A stretch of 64,000 bases of DNA, from NCBI GenBank assembly GCA_947648215.1, contig CANSMW010000003.1:56256-120255 (forward strand), given 5' to 3'. Below, piece by piece: positions 1 through 10,785 of the stretch. The notes beneath the pieces are model-generated. The model worked only from the letters and a program-made list of their open reading frames with translations. It was not told the DNA's origin and ran no database searches. This DNA is from an uncultured Clostridium sp. (GTDB taxonomy: Bacteria; Bacillota; Clostridia; TANB77; CAG-508). Every line of letters begins with the position of its first letter. Position 1 is the stretch's first letter. Made by a program: the position numbers and the translations under genes.

Positions 1-221
1 ATAGAAAGTTGGTATAACAATCGAAGAATACATAGTATTTTATTTGGACATTTGCTACAATTATCTATTTTTTTCTTTTTCTAGAAAATTCCACGAAAGC
101 CTTGATTTTTGTTTATAAATGTAGTAAAATAACATATGTTAAATACCTTATACTTAGCTTAAGGATGAAAGCTCCTCTTTAGCTCAGTTTAAGGAATAAA
201 TAAAATATAGGAGGATTTAAA

Positions 222-485
222 ATGACAAAGGAAAGAAAAGAAGAAATTATTAAAACTTACAAAAGAGATGAAAAGGATACTGGGTCACCAGAAGTTCAAA
301 TTGCTCTTTTAACAGGAAGAATTACCGAATTAACAGAACATTTAAAAGTTCATACAAAAGATAACCATTCAAGACGTGGACTTTTAAAAATGGTAGGTAA
401 AAGAAGAAATTTACTTAATTACTTAGCAAAGAAAGATATTGAAAGATATAGAGAAATTGTTGAAAAATTAGGATTACGTAAATAA
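222..485 (+). CDS. rpsO: 30S ribosomal protein S15
   Basis: 87 aa; S15 signature ([14 protein letters not shown]...[23 protein letters not shown]); RBS aggagg upstream; located upstream of pnp as in most bacteria. Confidence 0.9.
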   Translation: MTKERKEEIIKTYKRDEKDTGSPEVQIALLTGRITELTEHLKVHTKDNHSRRGLLKMVGKRRNLLNYLAKKDIERYREIVEKLGLRK

Positions 486-495
486 TCTGTTGGTG

Positions 496-530
496 TAGGA
501 CGTTTAAGAGCTTAAACGTCCTATCATGCT
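496..530 (+). terminator. rho-independent terminator / RNase III-type hairpin after rpsO
   Basis: inverted repeat aggacgtttaag-agc-ttaaacgtcct directly after rpsO stop. Confidence 0.55.
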
Positions 531-786
531 ATTTTAAATAACAACTATATAAATTATAATAGCAAAAATAATTAAGAATAGTGGTATAAGCGATAATAGA
601 AAATAGAAGTAGCTTGTATATTGTATAAATAGATAGAAATACTAAACGTATAAAATTATAAACGAATACGGATATGAAATGAATAGCATTATTCTATATA
701 ATTTTAAAATATATTTATGCAATATAGAGGTTACCATCTATTTTAGTTATTATCGAATAATATACAAATAAAACAAAAAAGGAGAA

Positions 787-2910
787 ATGATTATGTTTAA
801 AACATTTGAAACTGAACTTGCAGGAAGAAAATTGAGTATTGAAACAGGAAAAATTGCAGAACTTGCCAATGGTAGTGTTATGGTAAGATATGGGGACACC
901 GTTGTTATGGTAAATGTTACTGCCTCGAAAGAACCAAGAGATGGGATAGATTTTTTCCCATTATCTGTAGACTATGAAGAAAAACTATATTCCGTAGGAA
1001 AAATTCCAGGAAGTTACCAAAAAAGAGAAGGAAAACCAGCTGATAAAGCAATCTTAACTTCAAGAGCAATTGATAGACCACTACGTCCATTATTCCCAAA
1101 AGATTTCCGAAATGATGTATGTGTGGTTGCTACGGTTCTATCTGTAGAACAAGACAATTCACCAGAAGTTGCTGCTATGATAGGAGCGTCAGCTGCTCTA
1201 TCCATTTCCGATATTCCATTTGGAGGACCAACAGCAGCCGTTAATGTAGGATATGTTGATGACCAAATTGTAATTAACCCAACCCTAGCACAAAGAGAAA
1301 AAACAAGATTAACCTTAACAGTAGCAGGAACCAAAGAGAAAATTGCGATGATTGAAGCTGGAGCAGATGAAATACCAGATGATGTTATGTTAGAAGCCAT
1401 TAAACAAGCTCATATGGAAATTAAAAAACTTTGTGACTTTATTCAAAGTATGAAGGCTGAAATTGGAAAACCAAAATTTGAATATAAATCATTTGAAGTT
1501 GATCATGACGTATATGCTGAAATTGAAGAAAAATATGCTGAAAGAATGTACCAAGATGTACAAGCAGTAGATAAAGAAGTAAGAGATACTGCTATGGACA
1601 AGTTATTAGAGGATGTAAAGGCATATTTTGTAGAAAAATATGGGGAAGAAGTAGCTGAAGAAAAAGCGAAAGATATTGCAGATAGTTTATACAAACTAGA
1701 AAAGAAATCAGTACGTAAAATGATACTAGAAGAAAAGAAAAGACCAGATGGAAGAAAAATTGATGAAATTCGTCCACTTTCTTGTGAAGTAGGACTATTA
1801 CCACGTGTTCATGGTAGTGCACTATTTACAAGAGGACAAACACAAGTTATGTCTGTTGTTACCTTAGGTATGGCAAGTGAAGAACAAGCCTTAGATGGTA
1901 TTGATGAAGAAGATGCAAAACGTTATATGCACCAATACAATTTCCCATCTTATAGTGTAGGAGAAGCACGTCCTTCCAGAGGACCAGGAAGACGTGAAAT
2001 TGGACATGGAGCTTTAGCAGAAAAAGCACTTGTTCCTGTTATTCCATCTGAAGATGAATTCCCATATGCTATCCGCGTAGTATCCGAAGTATTAAGTTCA
2101 AATGGTTCTACTTCACAAGCAAGTATTTGTGGAAGTACTCTTGCTTTAATGGATGCAGGTGTGCCAATAAAAAGACCAGTAGCTGGTATTTCAACAGGAC
2201 TTGTGACAGACGAAAACGACCCAAACCATTACATTATGCTAACCGATATTCAAGGATTAGAAGATTTCTTTGGCGATATGGACTTTAAAGTAGGAGGAAC
2301 CGAAAAAGGAATTACTGCTATTCAAGTGGATATTAAAATTGATGGATTAACCTACGACATTATTAAAGAAGCCTTTGAAAGAACTAGAAATGCTCGTAAA
2401 TATATCTTAGAAGAAGTTATGTTAAAACAAATTGATAAACCACGAGCAGAAATATCAAAATATGCACCCAATATTATTAAAACTATCATCAATGTTGACA
2501 AAATAAAAGATGTCATCGGACCAGGTGGAAAAATGATTAACAAAATTATTGCCGAAACAGGGGTAAAAATTGACATTGAAGAAGACGGAAGAGTATTTAT
2601 TTACTCAAATGATGTTTCAAACGGACAAAAAGCACTAAAAATGGTAGAAGACATTGGAAAAGACTTAGAAGTAGGTGCTATCTATGAAGGAACCGTAAGT
2701 AAAATCATGCCATTTGGAGCATTCATTGAACTAGGAGGAGCAAAAGAAGGATTAGTACACATTTCAAAAATATCACATAAAAGAATTGAAAAAGTAGAAG
2801 ATGTTTTAAAAGTAGGCGATGTTGTAAACGTAAAAGTATACGAAATTGACGACCAAGGTAGAATTAATTTAACAATGAAGGATTTAGAAGAGAAGGACAA
2901 AGAAGAATAG
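787..2910 (+). CDS. pnp: polynucleotide phosphorylase
   Basis: 707 aa, two RNase PH domains, KH and S1 domains at C-terminus; long AT-rich leader after rpsO. Confidence 0.95.
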   Translation: MIMFKTFETELAGRKLSIETGKIAELANGSVMVRYGDTVVMVNVTASKEPRDGIDFFPLSVDYEEKLYSVGKIPGSYQKREGKPADKAILTSRAIDRPLRPLFPKDFRNDVCVVATVLSVEQDNSPEVAAMIGASAALSISDIPFGGPTAAVNVGYVDDQIVINPTLAQREKTRLTLTVAGTKEKIAMIEAGADEIPDDVMLEAIKQAHMEIKKLCDFIQSMKAEIGKPKFEYKSFEVDHDVYAEIEEKYAERMYQDVQAVDKEVRDTAMDKLLEDVKAYFVEKYGEEVAEEKAKDIADSLYKLEKKSVRKMILEEKKRPDGRKIDEIRPLSCEVGLLPRVHGSALFTRGQTQVMSVVTLGMASEEQALDGIDEEDAKRYMHQYNFPSYSVGEARPSRGPGRREIGHGALAEKALVPVIPSEDEFPYAIRVVSEVLSSNGSTSQASICGSTLALMDAGVPIKRPVAGISTGLVTDENDPNHYIMLTDIQGLEDFFGDMDFKVGGTEKGITAIQVDIKIDGLTYDIIKEAFERTRNARKYILEEVMLKQIDKPRAEISKYAPNIIKTIINVDKIKDVIGPGGKMINKIIAETGVKIDIEEDGRVFIYSNDVSNGQKALKMVEDIGKDLEVGAIYEGTVSKIMPFGAFIELGGAKEGLVHISKISHKRIEKVEDVLKVGDVVNVKVYEIDDQGRINLTMKDLEEKDKEE

Positions 2911-2932
2911 AGAGAAAGGCTTCATAGACATA

Positions 2933-3054
2933 CAAAAAAGCCCCTTTAACAAGGGGGCTGTCAGCGTAAGCTGACTGGGGGTTCTTCAAAGAAGTATTAA
3001 GAACCCTCCGTCAGTCCTTCGGACTGCCACCTCCCTTGTTAAAGGAGGTTTCTT
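2933..3054 (+). repeat. family-A structured intergenic repeat (full-length copy, 5 hairpins) immediately after pnp
   Basis: agcccc-loop-ggggct, gtcagc-gtaa-gctgac, ggttctt-loop-aagaacc, cagtcc-ttc-ggactg, cctcc-loop-ggagg; near-identical inverted copy at 44058-44178. Confidence 0.6.
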
Positions 3055-3206
3055 GTGAGTTCTTCGAAGATTAAAACATATAAAAACATTAAGAAATTAT
3101 GAATTTTGTCCAAAACATTGAAAAAAATCAATAACAATAGTATAATATAACAAGCAATAAAATACACTATATAAGAAAAAGACAAGTAATAAAAGTGAGG
3201 AAAAAG

Positions 3207-4436
3207 ATGGAATATCTATATATCATTCAACAAGCATTAGTATGGATTGTAACGATATTTTGGTTATACCAATTAATTGTTAGTATCTGTTCTTTAGTAA
3301 AACTAAAGGATAAACCAATTTTAGAAGAAAAACAAAACCGTTTTATGGCAATTATTCCTGCACATAATGAAGAATCGGTAATAAAAAACTTAGTTGAAAG
3401 TTTAAACAAACAAAACTATCCAAAAGAATTATTTGATATTTATGTGATTGCCGATAACTGTACAGATGCTACAGCACAAATTGCAAAAACAGCAGGAGCC
3501 ATTGTATATGAACGTTTTGATGAAGAAAATAAAACAAAAGGTCATGCACTAAATTGGTTTTTAAATCAAAAAATAGAAGAAGATGCACCATATGATGCGT
3601 TTTGTGTTTTCGATGCTGATAACATAGTAGACGAAAACTTCATAAAAAACATGAATAAGAAACTTTGCCAAGGAGAAGATGTTGTGCAAGGTTATCGTGA
3701 TATAAAAAATCCAACCGATAGTTGGGTATCGGCAGGTTATGCTATTTTTTACTGGACCATGAACCGTTTTTATCATTTAGCAAGATACAATTTAGGTTTA
3801 TCACCATTAATCAATGGAACTGGATTTATGGTAAAATTTGATGTAGTAAAACCACATGGTTGGGATACCAAAACCTTAACCGAAGATATTGAATTCTCTT
3901 TAAAAAGAATTATTGCAGGAAAGAAACTAGGTTGGGCAACCGATGCTATTGTATATGATGAACAACCAGTAGGCTTTAAGCAAAGTTGGTCCCAAAGGTC
4001 TAGATGGACAGTAGGACATATACAATGTATCCAAAACTACACCAAAGACTTAGCAGTTGCAACCAAGGAAAAGAAAACACTTATGAACTTTGATGGCTTC
4101 CTATATATTATTGGAAGTATTCCAATGTTCGTACTAACCTTAGTATTACTTGCTATTAACTTTATTATGTACTTAGGAAATGGAATTAATACCACAGAAC
4201 TTGTCATCAATATCCTAAGATACCTAATTCCAACCTTCTTACTACCAATTGGAACTGCAATTTTAATTATGTTATTAGATAAAAAGCCAATTAAACCAAT
4301 GATAAAAGGACTGATTTGTTACCCACTATTTTTGGGCTCGTGGTTATTAATTAACTTTAAATGCTTATTCAAAAAAGATACCACTTGGGAGAAAATTGAA
4401 CACGTACGCGATATCAAAATAAACGATGTTGCCTAA
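3207..4436 (+). CDS. family 2 glycosyltransferase, membrane-anchored (PgaC/IcaA/cellulose-synthase-like architecture)
   Basis: N-terminal TM, GT2 DxD region (IPAHNEES...IADNCTD...FDADN), C-terminal TM bundle; RBS gtgagg 5 nt upstream of ATG 3207 (GTG 3195 alternative). Confidence 0.7.
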   Translation: MEYLYIIQQALVWIVTIFWLYQLIVSICSLVKLKDKPILEEKQNRFMAIIPAHNEESVIKNLVESLNKQNYPKELFDIYVIADNCTDATAQIAKTAGAIVYERFDEENKTKGHALNWFLNQKIEEDAPYDAFCVFDADNIVDENFIKNMNKKLCQGEDVVQGYRDIKNPTDSWVSAGYAIFYWTMNRFYHLARYNLGLSPLINGTGFMVKFDVVKPHGWDTKTLTEDIEFSLKRIIAGKKLGWATDAIVYDEQPVGFKQSWSQRSRWTVGHIQCIQNYTKDLAVATKEKKTLMNFDGFLYIIGSIPMFVLTLVLLAINFIMYLGNGINTTELVINILRYLIPTFLLPIGTAILIMLLDKKPIKPMIKGLICYPLFLGSWLLINFKCLFKKDTTWEKIEHVRDIKINDVA

Positions 4437-4545
4437 TACAAATAGAGATATATTTTGCTATATCTCTATTTTATTCTAACGCATAGCCATTTTTTGTAAT
4501 CGCCAAAGGCGATTACTTAGGTCATTTATGTAGAGGAGAGAAGAA

Positions 4546-6141
4546 ATGGAAAAATTAAAAGAATTTGTGAAACGTAATCAAAACAAAATATTGCTTGTTC
4601 TACTTGTGGTAATCATTCTACTACAAGTTCTTCTTCGTATCGAGTATGGTTTTGAGAAGGCATATCTTCATATTGATGAAGGTTATTCATATGGATTAAT
4701 GAATTACGACAAAATTGATATTATGGACAACGAAGATTTTTATAATACATGGCATAAAAGCGAATATTATAAGGATTATTTATCTATTTCAAGCAAAGAA
4801 GCGATGGATCTTACTCCTGTATATGAAAACCAGAAAAATGATGTTCATCCACCATTTTATTATTTGTTATTACGAATTGCTTCTAGTTTTACCATAGGCT
4901 CTTTTTCAAAATGGACAGGTATTGTTTTAAATATTGTTATCTTTATTCTAACAAGTATTTTCATATACCTAATTGCCAACCGAATATTCAAAAGCAAAAT
5001 TTATGCCGTATTTATGGTATTGGTAAATGGTTTCACCTTAGCTTCTATCGATACCACCATCTTTATTCGAATGTACGCACTAAATGCTTTGAATTTGCTA
5101 ATTATTGCATACTTACATATTAAAAATACAAACAAGGGTAAACTTTCATGTAAAGAGTTAGCGATAATGTCGATTGCCATAATTATTGGTTCTTTAACAC
5201 ATTACTATTACCTTGTGTTCTTGTTTATTTTGTTTATAATGTATCTAATAAAATTTATCAAAGAGAAAAACATAAGAAACATCATTCGCTATACGATTAT
5301 GATGACTATTTCTGCTATCATTTCTCTTGCTATTTTCCCATACTCATTTGTTCATATGTTTATGGGATATCGAGGAACTGGGACAATTTCTAGTTTGACG
5401 AATATAAATCAAATGTGGAATTCCTTTAGAACTTATTGTAACATTCTTTGCGATAATGTCTTTAATGGAATATTACTATTTATGGTATTAGTTAGTGTTG
5501 CAGTAGTAGTATATCACTTTATAAAAAATAAGAAACTTAGTATCAAGTTTGAAAATAAAGAATTTTGGTTAATGTTTATTCCTTCTGTTATCTATTTTAC
5601 AATGGTAGCACTTGTTTCACCATACCAAGAACTTAGGTACATTATGCCAGTATGCCCACTTCTGGTAATTGGAGGATTTTACCTATTAAAAGTACTACTA
5701 GAAAAAGTATTTTCAAAGAAAAATACATACTATATTTTATCTGCTATATTTGTGGTTATGCTAATTTTACCAAGTATCATAAAACTAGATATTCCTTTCT
5801 ATTACTTATACAAAGATAAAAAAGAGATTGTTACAAAAATAGAGCAAGAACAAGATAAGCCAGTTTTATACATATTTAACAAAGAACAAAATCGTTTTTT
5901 AGATGATTTATATCTATTTACAATAAGTAACCAATCGTATATTATGGATAAAGAAGAGTTTTCCAAAGAAAAACTAAAAGAGATATTTACAAACATCAAT
6001 TTCAAAAATGGCTTCTTTGTCATCATCAATGAAGGACTTGAACACGAAACCTACTTAAAAGAAATATCAGAAACACTAAATGTAACAGGCTATGAACACA
6101 TACAAAGAATGAATGCATGTGATATTTATCAAATGGAATAG
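4546..6141 (+). CDS. GT-C fold membrane glycosyltransferase (PMT/ArnT-like, family 39-like)
   Basis: 531 aa polytopic membrane protein with DVHPPFYYLL motif typical of PMT_2/ArnT-like enzymes. Confidence 0.55.
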   Translation: MEKLKEFVKRNQNKILLVLLVVIILLQVLLRIEYGFEKAYLHIDEGYSYGLMNYDKIDIMDNEDFYNTWHKSEYYKDYLSISSKEAMDLTPVYENQKNDVHPPFYYLLLRIASSFTIGSFSKWTGIVLNIVIFILTSIFIYLIANRIFKSKIYAVFMVLVNGFTLASIDTTIFIRMYALNALNLLIIAYLHIKNTNKGKLSCKELAIMSIAIIIGSLTHYYYLVFLFILFIMYLIKFIKEKNIRNIIRYTIMMTISAIISLAIFPYSFVHMFMGYRGTGTISSLTNINQMWNSFRTYCNILCDNVFNGILLFMVLVSVAVVVYHFIKNKKLSIKFENKEFWLMFIPSVIYFTMVALVSPYQELRYIMPVCPLLVIGGFYLLKVLLEKVFSKKNTYYILSAIFVVMLILPSIIKLDIPFYYLYKDKKEIVTKIEQEQDKPVLYIFNKEQNRFLDDLYLFTISNQSYIMDKEEFSKEKLKEIFTNINFKNGFFVIINEGLEHETYLKEISETLNVTGYEHIQRMNACDIYQME

Positions 6142-6172
6142 TCCAATTGCCGAGGATTTCTCGGTAGTTCAA

Positions 6173-7480
6173 ATGGAAAAAGGAAGAAACATAGATATGG
6201 AAGATAGTTTAAAATTAAGTAAAATAAGAAGAAATAATGCAAAACTTTATCCAATATATAAAATGTTTTCATGGGATTTATTATTCTTCTATTCAATTGA
6301 ATTTTTATTTTATACAATTACCAAAAAAGTAACAGCTTCGGAAATACTAATTATAAATGGTTTTTATTTATTATTTAGAATTGCAATGCAAATACCAGCA
6401 GTTGCACTTACCGATTTTTTGGGAAAAAGAAAAAGCATCATACTAGGCAATATTTTACTGATTATTTATATGTTAACATTATTATGCATTCCAGGAGCAA
6501 TTGGCATTATAATAGCAGATTTAATATTTTCTTTGGGATATGATATGAAAACGATTTCGGAATCTAATTTATTATACGACTCTGTTTCAACAAAAGGAGG
6601 AGAAGGACTTTATTCAAAATTAGATGCAAAAGGAGGAAGTTTCTATTATATACTAGATGGAATTGCATCATTGATAGCAGGATATTTATTTGTAATTAAT
6701 AATTACATACCAATGCTAATATGTTTAGGATTTATTGTAATTTCCACAATTTTATCGTTTGGGTTTAAAGATGTCTATCAAGTAAAACAAGATACAAAAG
6801 AAAAGATAAAAATAAAAGGTGTTTTAAAGGGATATGGACAAGATTTAAAAAGTTCCTTTAAATTTATTTTAAAATCAAAGAGAATGAAAGCTTTTGTACT
6901 ATTTCAAATTGTATTTTATAGTGTAATAGAAATTGTAGATACATATAATAGCGACTTGCTTATAAATATAGGCATTCAAGAAGAACAATTTTCCATGATA
7001 TTTGCCATTCTTACTTTGATTGGTGGCATTGCCATTTCATTAAAAAGACCAATAGAGAAAAAATTTAAAAACAGAACATTGTCTTTTATATCCTTAATGT
7101 ATATAGGAGCGTGTATAGCAATAGGAGCAATTTCCATTATATGGAAAAGTGAAATGATTATACCGATTGTATTAATGCTGTATGCTGTACAAAAAATAAA
7201 TACCTCCATATGGTATATATTAGAAAGTAAATATTTGAAAAATTTTACCAAAGAAGAAATGAGAAACAAAATAACTTTTTCATACGAATTTATTGGAGGA
7301 ATAGCAGCGAGCATTTTCTCAATTATAGGAGGATTATTGTTAAAAGTATTCGATGTTGAAAATGCATTTCTAGTAATTGGATTGTTTGCATTAGCGAGTA
7401 TGATTGTTGTTTTGGATTATATGCGAACAAGATTTGGCTTAAAACCAGAAGAATATACAAAAGACGATTTGGAATTTTAA
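6173..7480 (+). CDS. polytopic membrane protein, putative MFS-type transporter/flippase
   Basis: about 12 predicted TM segments; ORF overlaps previous gene, start uncertain (6173 or 6197). Confidence 0.4.
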   Translation: MEKGRNIDMEDSLKLSKIRRNNAKLYPIYKMFSWDLLFFYSIEFLFYTITKKVTASEILIINGFYLLFRIAMQIPAVALTDFLGKRKSIILGNILLIIYMLTLLCIPGAIGIIIADLIFSLGYDMKTISESNLLYDSVSTKGGEGLYSKLDAKGGSFYYILDGIASLIAGYLFVINNYIPMLICLGFIVISTILSFGFKDVYQVKQDTKEKIKIKGVLKGYGQDLKSSFKFILKSKRMKAFVLFQIVFYSVIEIVDTYNSDLLINIGIQEEQFSMIFAILTLIGGIAISLKRPIEKKFKNRTLSFISLMYIGACIAIGAISIIWKSEMIIPIVLMLYAVQKINTSIWYILESKYLKNFTKEEMRNKITFSYEFIGGIAASIFSIIGGLLLKVFDVENAFLVIGLFALASMIVVLDYMRTRFGLKPEEYTKDDLEF

Positions 7481-7581
7481 AAGGATATAAAAATTATTTA
7501 GCCCCAAAAATAGATATTGCAAAAAAATACGTTTTGGCGTAAAAATAAGGATATAAAAATGTCGTTTTCGTGAAAGTTTTG

Positions 7582-7638
7582 TTTTTAATCTATCGTCTAC
7601 AAGTTATTGCTCAAATGCGAAATAACTTGCAGACGATA
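7582..7638. terminator. bidirectional terminator between convergent genes
   Basis: 22-bp inverted repeat taatctatcgtctacaagttatt ... aataacttgcagacgatagatta. Confidence 0.6.
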
Positions 7639-7640
7639 GA

Positions 7641-8288
7641 TTAATCTTTGCTTTCAATAACAATCAAAACCCCGTTCGTTAAATGAATGCAAGCAGTATC
7701 CTCTACTATCTCATTACTAACACCTAGGCTTTTTCCAAAGGTTAAGCAAGCATTGTTTAGAGGATATTGAAATCCTGTTAAGGTTAAGCCTTGAACAGAA
7801 GAAGTAAGAGGGATTAGGGAAACGTATTTTCCATAAGCCTCTTCTTTTTTTATGGTATGAGATGCATTTACTAAATAAATTCGATTATGGGTATCGATTA
7901 TTTCACAAGGAATATGTGACTCTAAGGCACTCACTAAAATATGAATATTGGCAAGAGAATGGTCCATACGGTTACCAAGAGCACCAATGATTGTAATATG
8001 AGAAGAAAGTAAGCTAATAGCGAGTTTTAGTGCAATATCGGTATCGGTATAATCTTTTTTTGGATTATATTTATGTTGTACAACCTTCGGATTATTTTGG
8101 TAATATTCCAAAATTGTCTTATCAATAGAATCAAAATCGCCGACAATATGATTTGGCATGATATGCAAGGTATGTAATGCCTCCAAACCTTTATCAACAG
8201 CAATAATAATTTGTGGTTTTTTAGTTTCATAAACATTTTTTAATAGGTCAAGATGAATTTCTCCGCCAGATACAATAACAGTATTCAT
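7641..8288 (-). CDS. thiN: thiamine pyrophosphokinase
   Basis: 215 aa; N-terminal MNTVIVSGGE...VDKG...GDFDSID TPK catalytic motif, C-terminal thiamin-binding domain. Confidence 0.75.
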   Translation of the reverse strand: MNTVIVSGGEIHLDLLKNVYETKKPQIIIAVDKGLEALHTLHIMPNHIVGDFDSIDKTILEYYQNNPKVVQHKYNPKKDYTDTDIALKLAISLLSSHITIIGALGNRMDHSLANIHILVSALESHIPCEIIDTHNRIYLVNASHTIKKEEAYGKYVSLIPLTSSVQGLTLTGFQYPLNNACLTFGKSLGVSNEIVEDTACIHLTNGVLIVIESKD

Positions 8289-8394
8289 ATTTTTATTTTC
8301 CTTTCAAAATTTTCTTTCCAATTCACGAATATAATGGTATAATAATTAAAACATAATTGTCAAAACTTAGCAAGATATTACAAGGAGGTTAGAG

Positions 8395-8907
8395 ATGATT
8401 ATCAATCATATGTTAGAACTAAAAGAAAAAACAACGGTATATGCATTTGTAGGACCTTCTGGAACTGGAAAAAGTTACCGTGCAGGATTAGTTGCAAGTG
8501 AATATGGAATTAATTATATTATTGATGATGGACTTTTTATTAAAGATAACGAAATCATAGCAGGAAACTCAGCCAAAAAAGCACCAACCAAAATTGAAAC
8601 AGTAAAACAAGCTCTATTTATTGAAGGCGATGAAAAAAATGAAGTAATAAAAGCCATCAAAAAACATAAGCCAGATAAGATTTTAATTTTGGGTACTTCC
8701 GATAATATGGTAAAAAAAATAGCTGAGAGCCTAGAATTACCAGAAATATCAAAGTTTATTTATATTACCGATATTGCTACCAAAGAAGAAATGGAAACAG
8801 CTAGACGTATTCGTGTAACAGAAGGAAAACATGTTATACCAGTACCTACTTTTGAATTAAAAAAGGATTTTTCTCGGTTATATTTTAGACCCATTACAAA
8901 TATTTAA
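8395..8907 (+). CDS. P-loop (Walker A GPSGTGKS) protein of unknown function
   Basis: 170 aa, Walker A near N-terminus; no confident family assignment. Confidence 0.45.
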   Translation: MIINHMLELKEKTTVYAFVGPSGTGKSYRAGLVASEYGINYIIDDGLFIKDNEIIAGNSAKKAPTKIETVKQALFIEGDEKNEVIKAIKKHKPDKILILGTSDNMVKKIAESLELPEISKFIYITDIATKEEMETARRIRVTEGKHVIPVPTFELKKDFSRLYFRPITNI

Positions 8908-8935
8908 ATCCAAGGGAAAAGGAGCAAAACCATAT

Positions 8936-9262
8936 ATTTCAGAAAAATCCATCATACGACCAACCTTTAGTTACTTAGGAAATTTCACCATTTCCGATAG
9001 CGTGTTTCGTCAAATTATTCAATACATGGCAGATAAGGCACCAGCAATTTATAAAATTGCCAAAACAAGGGTAGACAAGGACAGCGATGGTCCCTATATT
9101 TATTTAGAAGTCATTATTTGCTATGGCTATAACTTAATTACCAGTGTACAAGAATTTAAGCAAAAAGTAAAAAAAGAAATTGAACAACTAACTGCCATGA
9201 ATGTTCAAAAAATAGATGTTGTCATAAAAGGAATTGAAGTACCAGTAAAAAAGGAGGAATAA
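8936..9262 (+). CDS. Asp23/Gls24 family envelope stress protein
   Basis: FTISDSVFRQII...DGPYIYLEVIICYGYNLITSVQEFKQKVKKEIEQ pattern of Asp23 family; no in-frame ATG, putative ATT start 10 nt after aaaggagc (GTG 9002 alternative). Confidence 0.45.
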   Translation: MSEKSIIRPTFSYLGNFTISDSVFRQIIQYMADKAPAIYKIAKTRVDKDSDGPYIYLEVIICYGYNLITSVQEFKQKVKKEIEQLTAMNVQKIDVVIKGIEVPVKKEE

Positions 9263-9264
9263 AA

Positions 9265-9930
9265 ATGTCATTTATAGTTGCAATTGATGGTCCGGCAGGA
9301 ACTGGAAAAGGGACGATTGCAAAATTGGTTTCTGAGAAATTTGGATTGTTAAATGTGGATACAGGAGCAATGTTTCGTTGTGTTACACTTGCCATGTTAC
9401 AACAAAACATTGCCCTTGAGGAAGAAGAAAAAATACAAGCGTTATTAAGCGATATACAAATTGAGTTAAAAGAAGAAAATGGAGAATTGGAGGTTTTTCT
9501 AAATGGGGAAGATGTTACCTCTAAAATTCGAACCCCAGAAGTAAATGCTTTTATTTCAGGTGTTTCTTCTTTGAAAATAGTACGTAGTAAATTATTAGAT
9601 TTACAAAGAAACTTAGCCAAAGGACAAAATGTTGTTATGGAAGGACGAGATATTGGAACCACTGTATTTCCAAATGCTAATGTAAAAATCTATTTAGATG
9701 CTTCATCAGAAGAAAGAGCAAGAAGACGTGTAAGACAAAACGAAGAAAAAGGAATTCATATGTCATATGAAGAAGTTTTAGAAAGTGTAAAAAAGAGAGA
9801 TAAACTAGATTCAACACGAGAACTTGCACCATTAAAAAAAGCAGAAGATGCCATATATATTGATGGCACCAATATGAGTGTAGAAGAATGTGCGAATGTC
9901 GTATATAAGATTATTGAAGAAAAAATGTAG
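9265..9930 (+). CDS. cmk: cytidylate kinase
   Basis: 221 aa; AIDGPAGTGKGT P-loop and full-length Cmk similarity. Confidence 0.9.
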   Translation: MSFIVAIDGPAGTGKGTIAKLVSEKFGLLNVDTGAMFRCVTLAMLQQNIALEEEEKIQALLSDIQIELKEENGELEVFLNGEDVTSKIRTPEVNAFISGVSSLKIVRSKLLDLQRNLAKGQNVVMEGRDIGTTVFPNANVKIYLDASSEERARRRVRQNEEKGIHMSYEEVLESVKKRDKLDSTRELAPLKKAEDAIYIDGTNMSVEECANVVYKIIEEKM

Positions 9931-9992
9931 CAAATGATTTAAGGAATTATCTTCTGTAGGGGCGAGCATTAATTGGATAATAATAGAGAGGA

Positions 9993-10613
9993 ATGAAAAA
10001 AATGAAATTATTTTTTAAGAAAATAGCAAGAGCCATTGTAAGAGGAGCTATTTACCTTTATTGCAAAATTATTCATAGAGCTGAAATTATTGGAAAAAAA
10101 GACATACCGAAAAATGAAAACTTTATTTTTTGTGGAAACCACAGAAACTATTTAGACCCACCATTAATGGTAGCAACCGCTGGAAGACACCTTCGTTTTA
10201 TGGCAAAAGAAGACCTAAGAAAAAATCCTTTTTTTGCATTTTTAGGTGTTGTGTTCGACGGTATCTATGTAAAAAGAGACTCCAAAGACGTAACAGCACT
10301 AAAAACCACATTAAAAGCAATAAAAGATGGAGAAAGTATTGCACTTTTCCCAGAAGGAACTCGAAATGGGCTAGAAAAAGGAGAAAAAGTAAAAGACGGA
10401 GCAGCCTTTTTCGCACTAAGAACCAACACAAGAGTTATTCCAGTAGGAATATCAGGTGGACTAAAAAAATTCCAAAAAGTAAAAATTGTATATGGAAAAC
10501 CACTAGACCTATCAAACTATACTGAAATGTACAAAAACAAGGAAACCGAAAAACAAGCCTTAGAAGAAGTAAGCAAATTAATTATGGATTCCATTATGGA
10601 GTTGACAAAATAA
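9993..10613 (+). CDS. plsC: 1-acyl-sn-glycerol-3-phosphate acyltransferase
   Basis: NHRNYLD (HX4D) and FPEGTRN acyltransferase motifs. Confidence 0.8.
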   Translation: MKKMKLFFKKIARAIVRGAIYLYCKIIHRAEIIGKKDIPKNENFIFCGNHRNYLDPPLMVATAGRHLRFMAKEDLRKNPFFAFLGVVFDGIYVKRDSKDVTALKTTLKAIKDGESIALFPEGTRNGLEKGEKVKDGAAFFALRTNTRVIPVGISGGLKKFQKVKIVYGKPLDLSNYTEMYKNKETEKQALEEVSKLIMDSIMELTK

Positions 10614-10717
10614 GGGGAAAAGTAGTATAATTTACAAGTTATTATTTTTAATAAAGAAATTAAATTGTATAAGAACTCCATACATATGTCGTACTTTGGC
10701 ATCGAAATTGTACCAAA

Positions 10718-10767
10718 AAGGCCCATTTACATAAGGGGGCTGTCGCCGATAGGCGACTGGGGGTTCT
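10718..10767 (+). repeat. family-A repeat, short form (hairpins 1-2) immediately upstream of typA RBS
   Basis: aaggcccatttacataagggggctgtcgccgataggcgactgggggttct. Confidence 0.55.
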
Positions 10768-10785
10768 AAAAAGGAGAAATGACAC

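Noticed and set aside
150-215. tRNA-like D-loop string tagctcagtt upstream of rpsO
   Set aside because: No acceptor stem, anticodon arm or T-arm (GTTCGA) could be assembled, so this is a coincidental match. No tRNA gene was recognisable anywhere in the window.
917-2900. Several minus-strand ORFs inside pnp (917-1099, 1014-1400, 1503-1822, 2352-2900)
   Set aside because: Antisense to a full-length conserved pnp gene, no RBS, low-complexity translations.
10130-10525. Alternative-frame 131-aa highly basic ORF inside plsC
   Set aside because: Overlaps the conserved plsC frame; an artefact of AAR-rich sequence.
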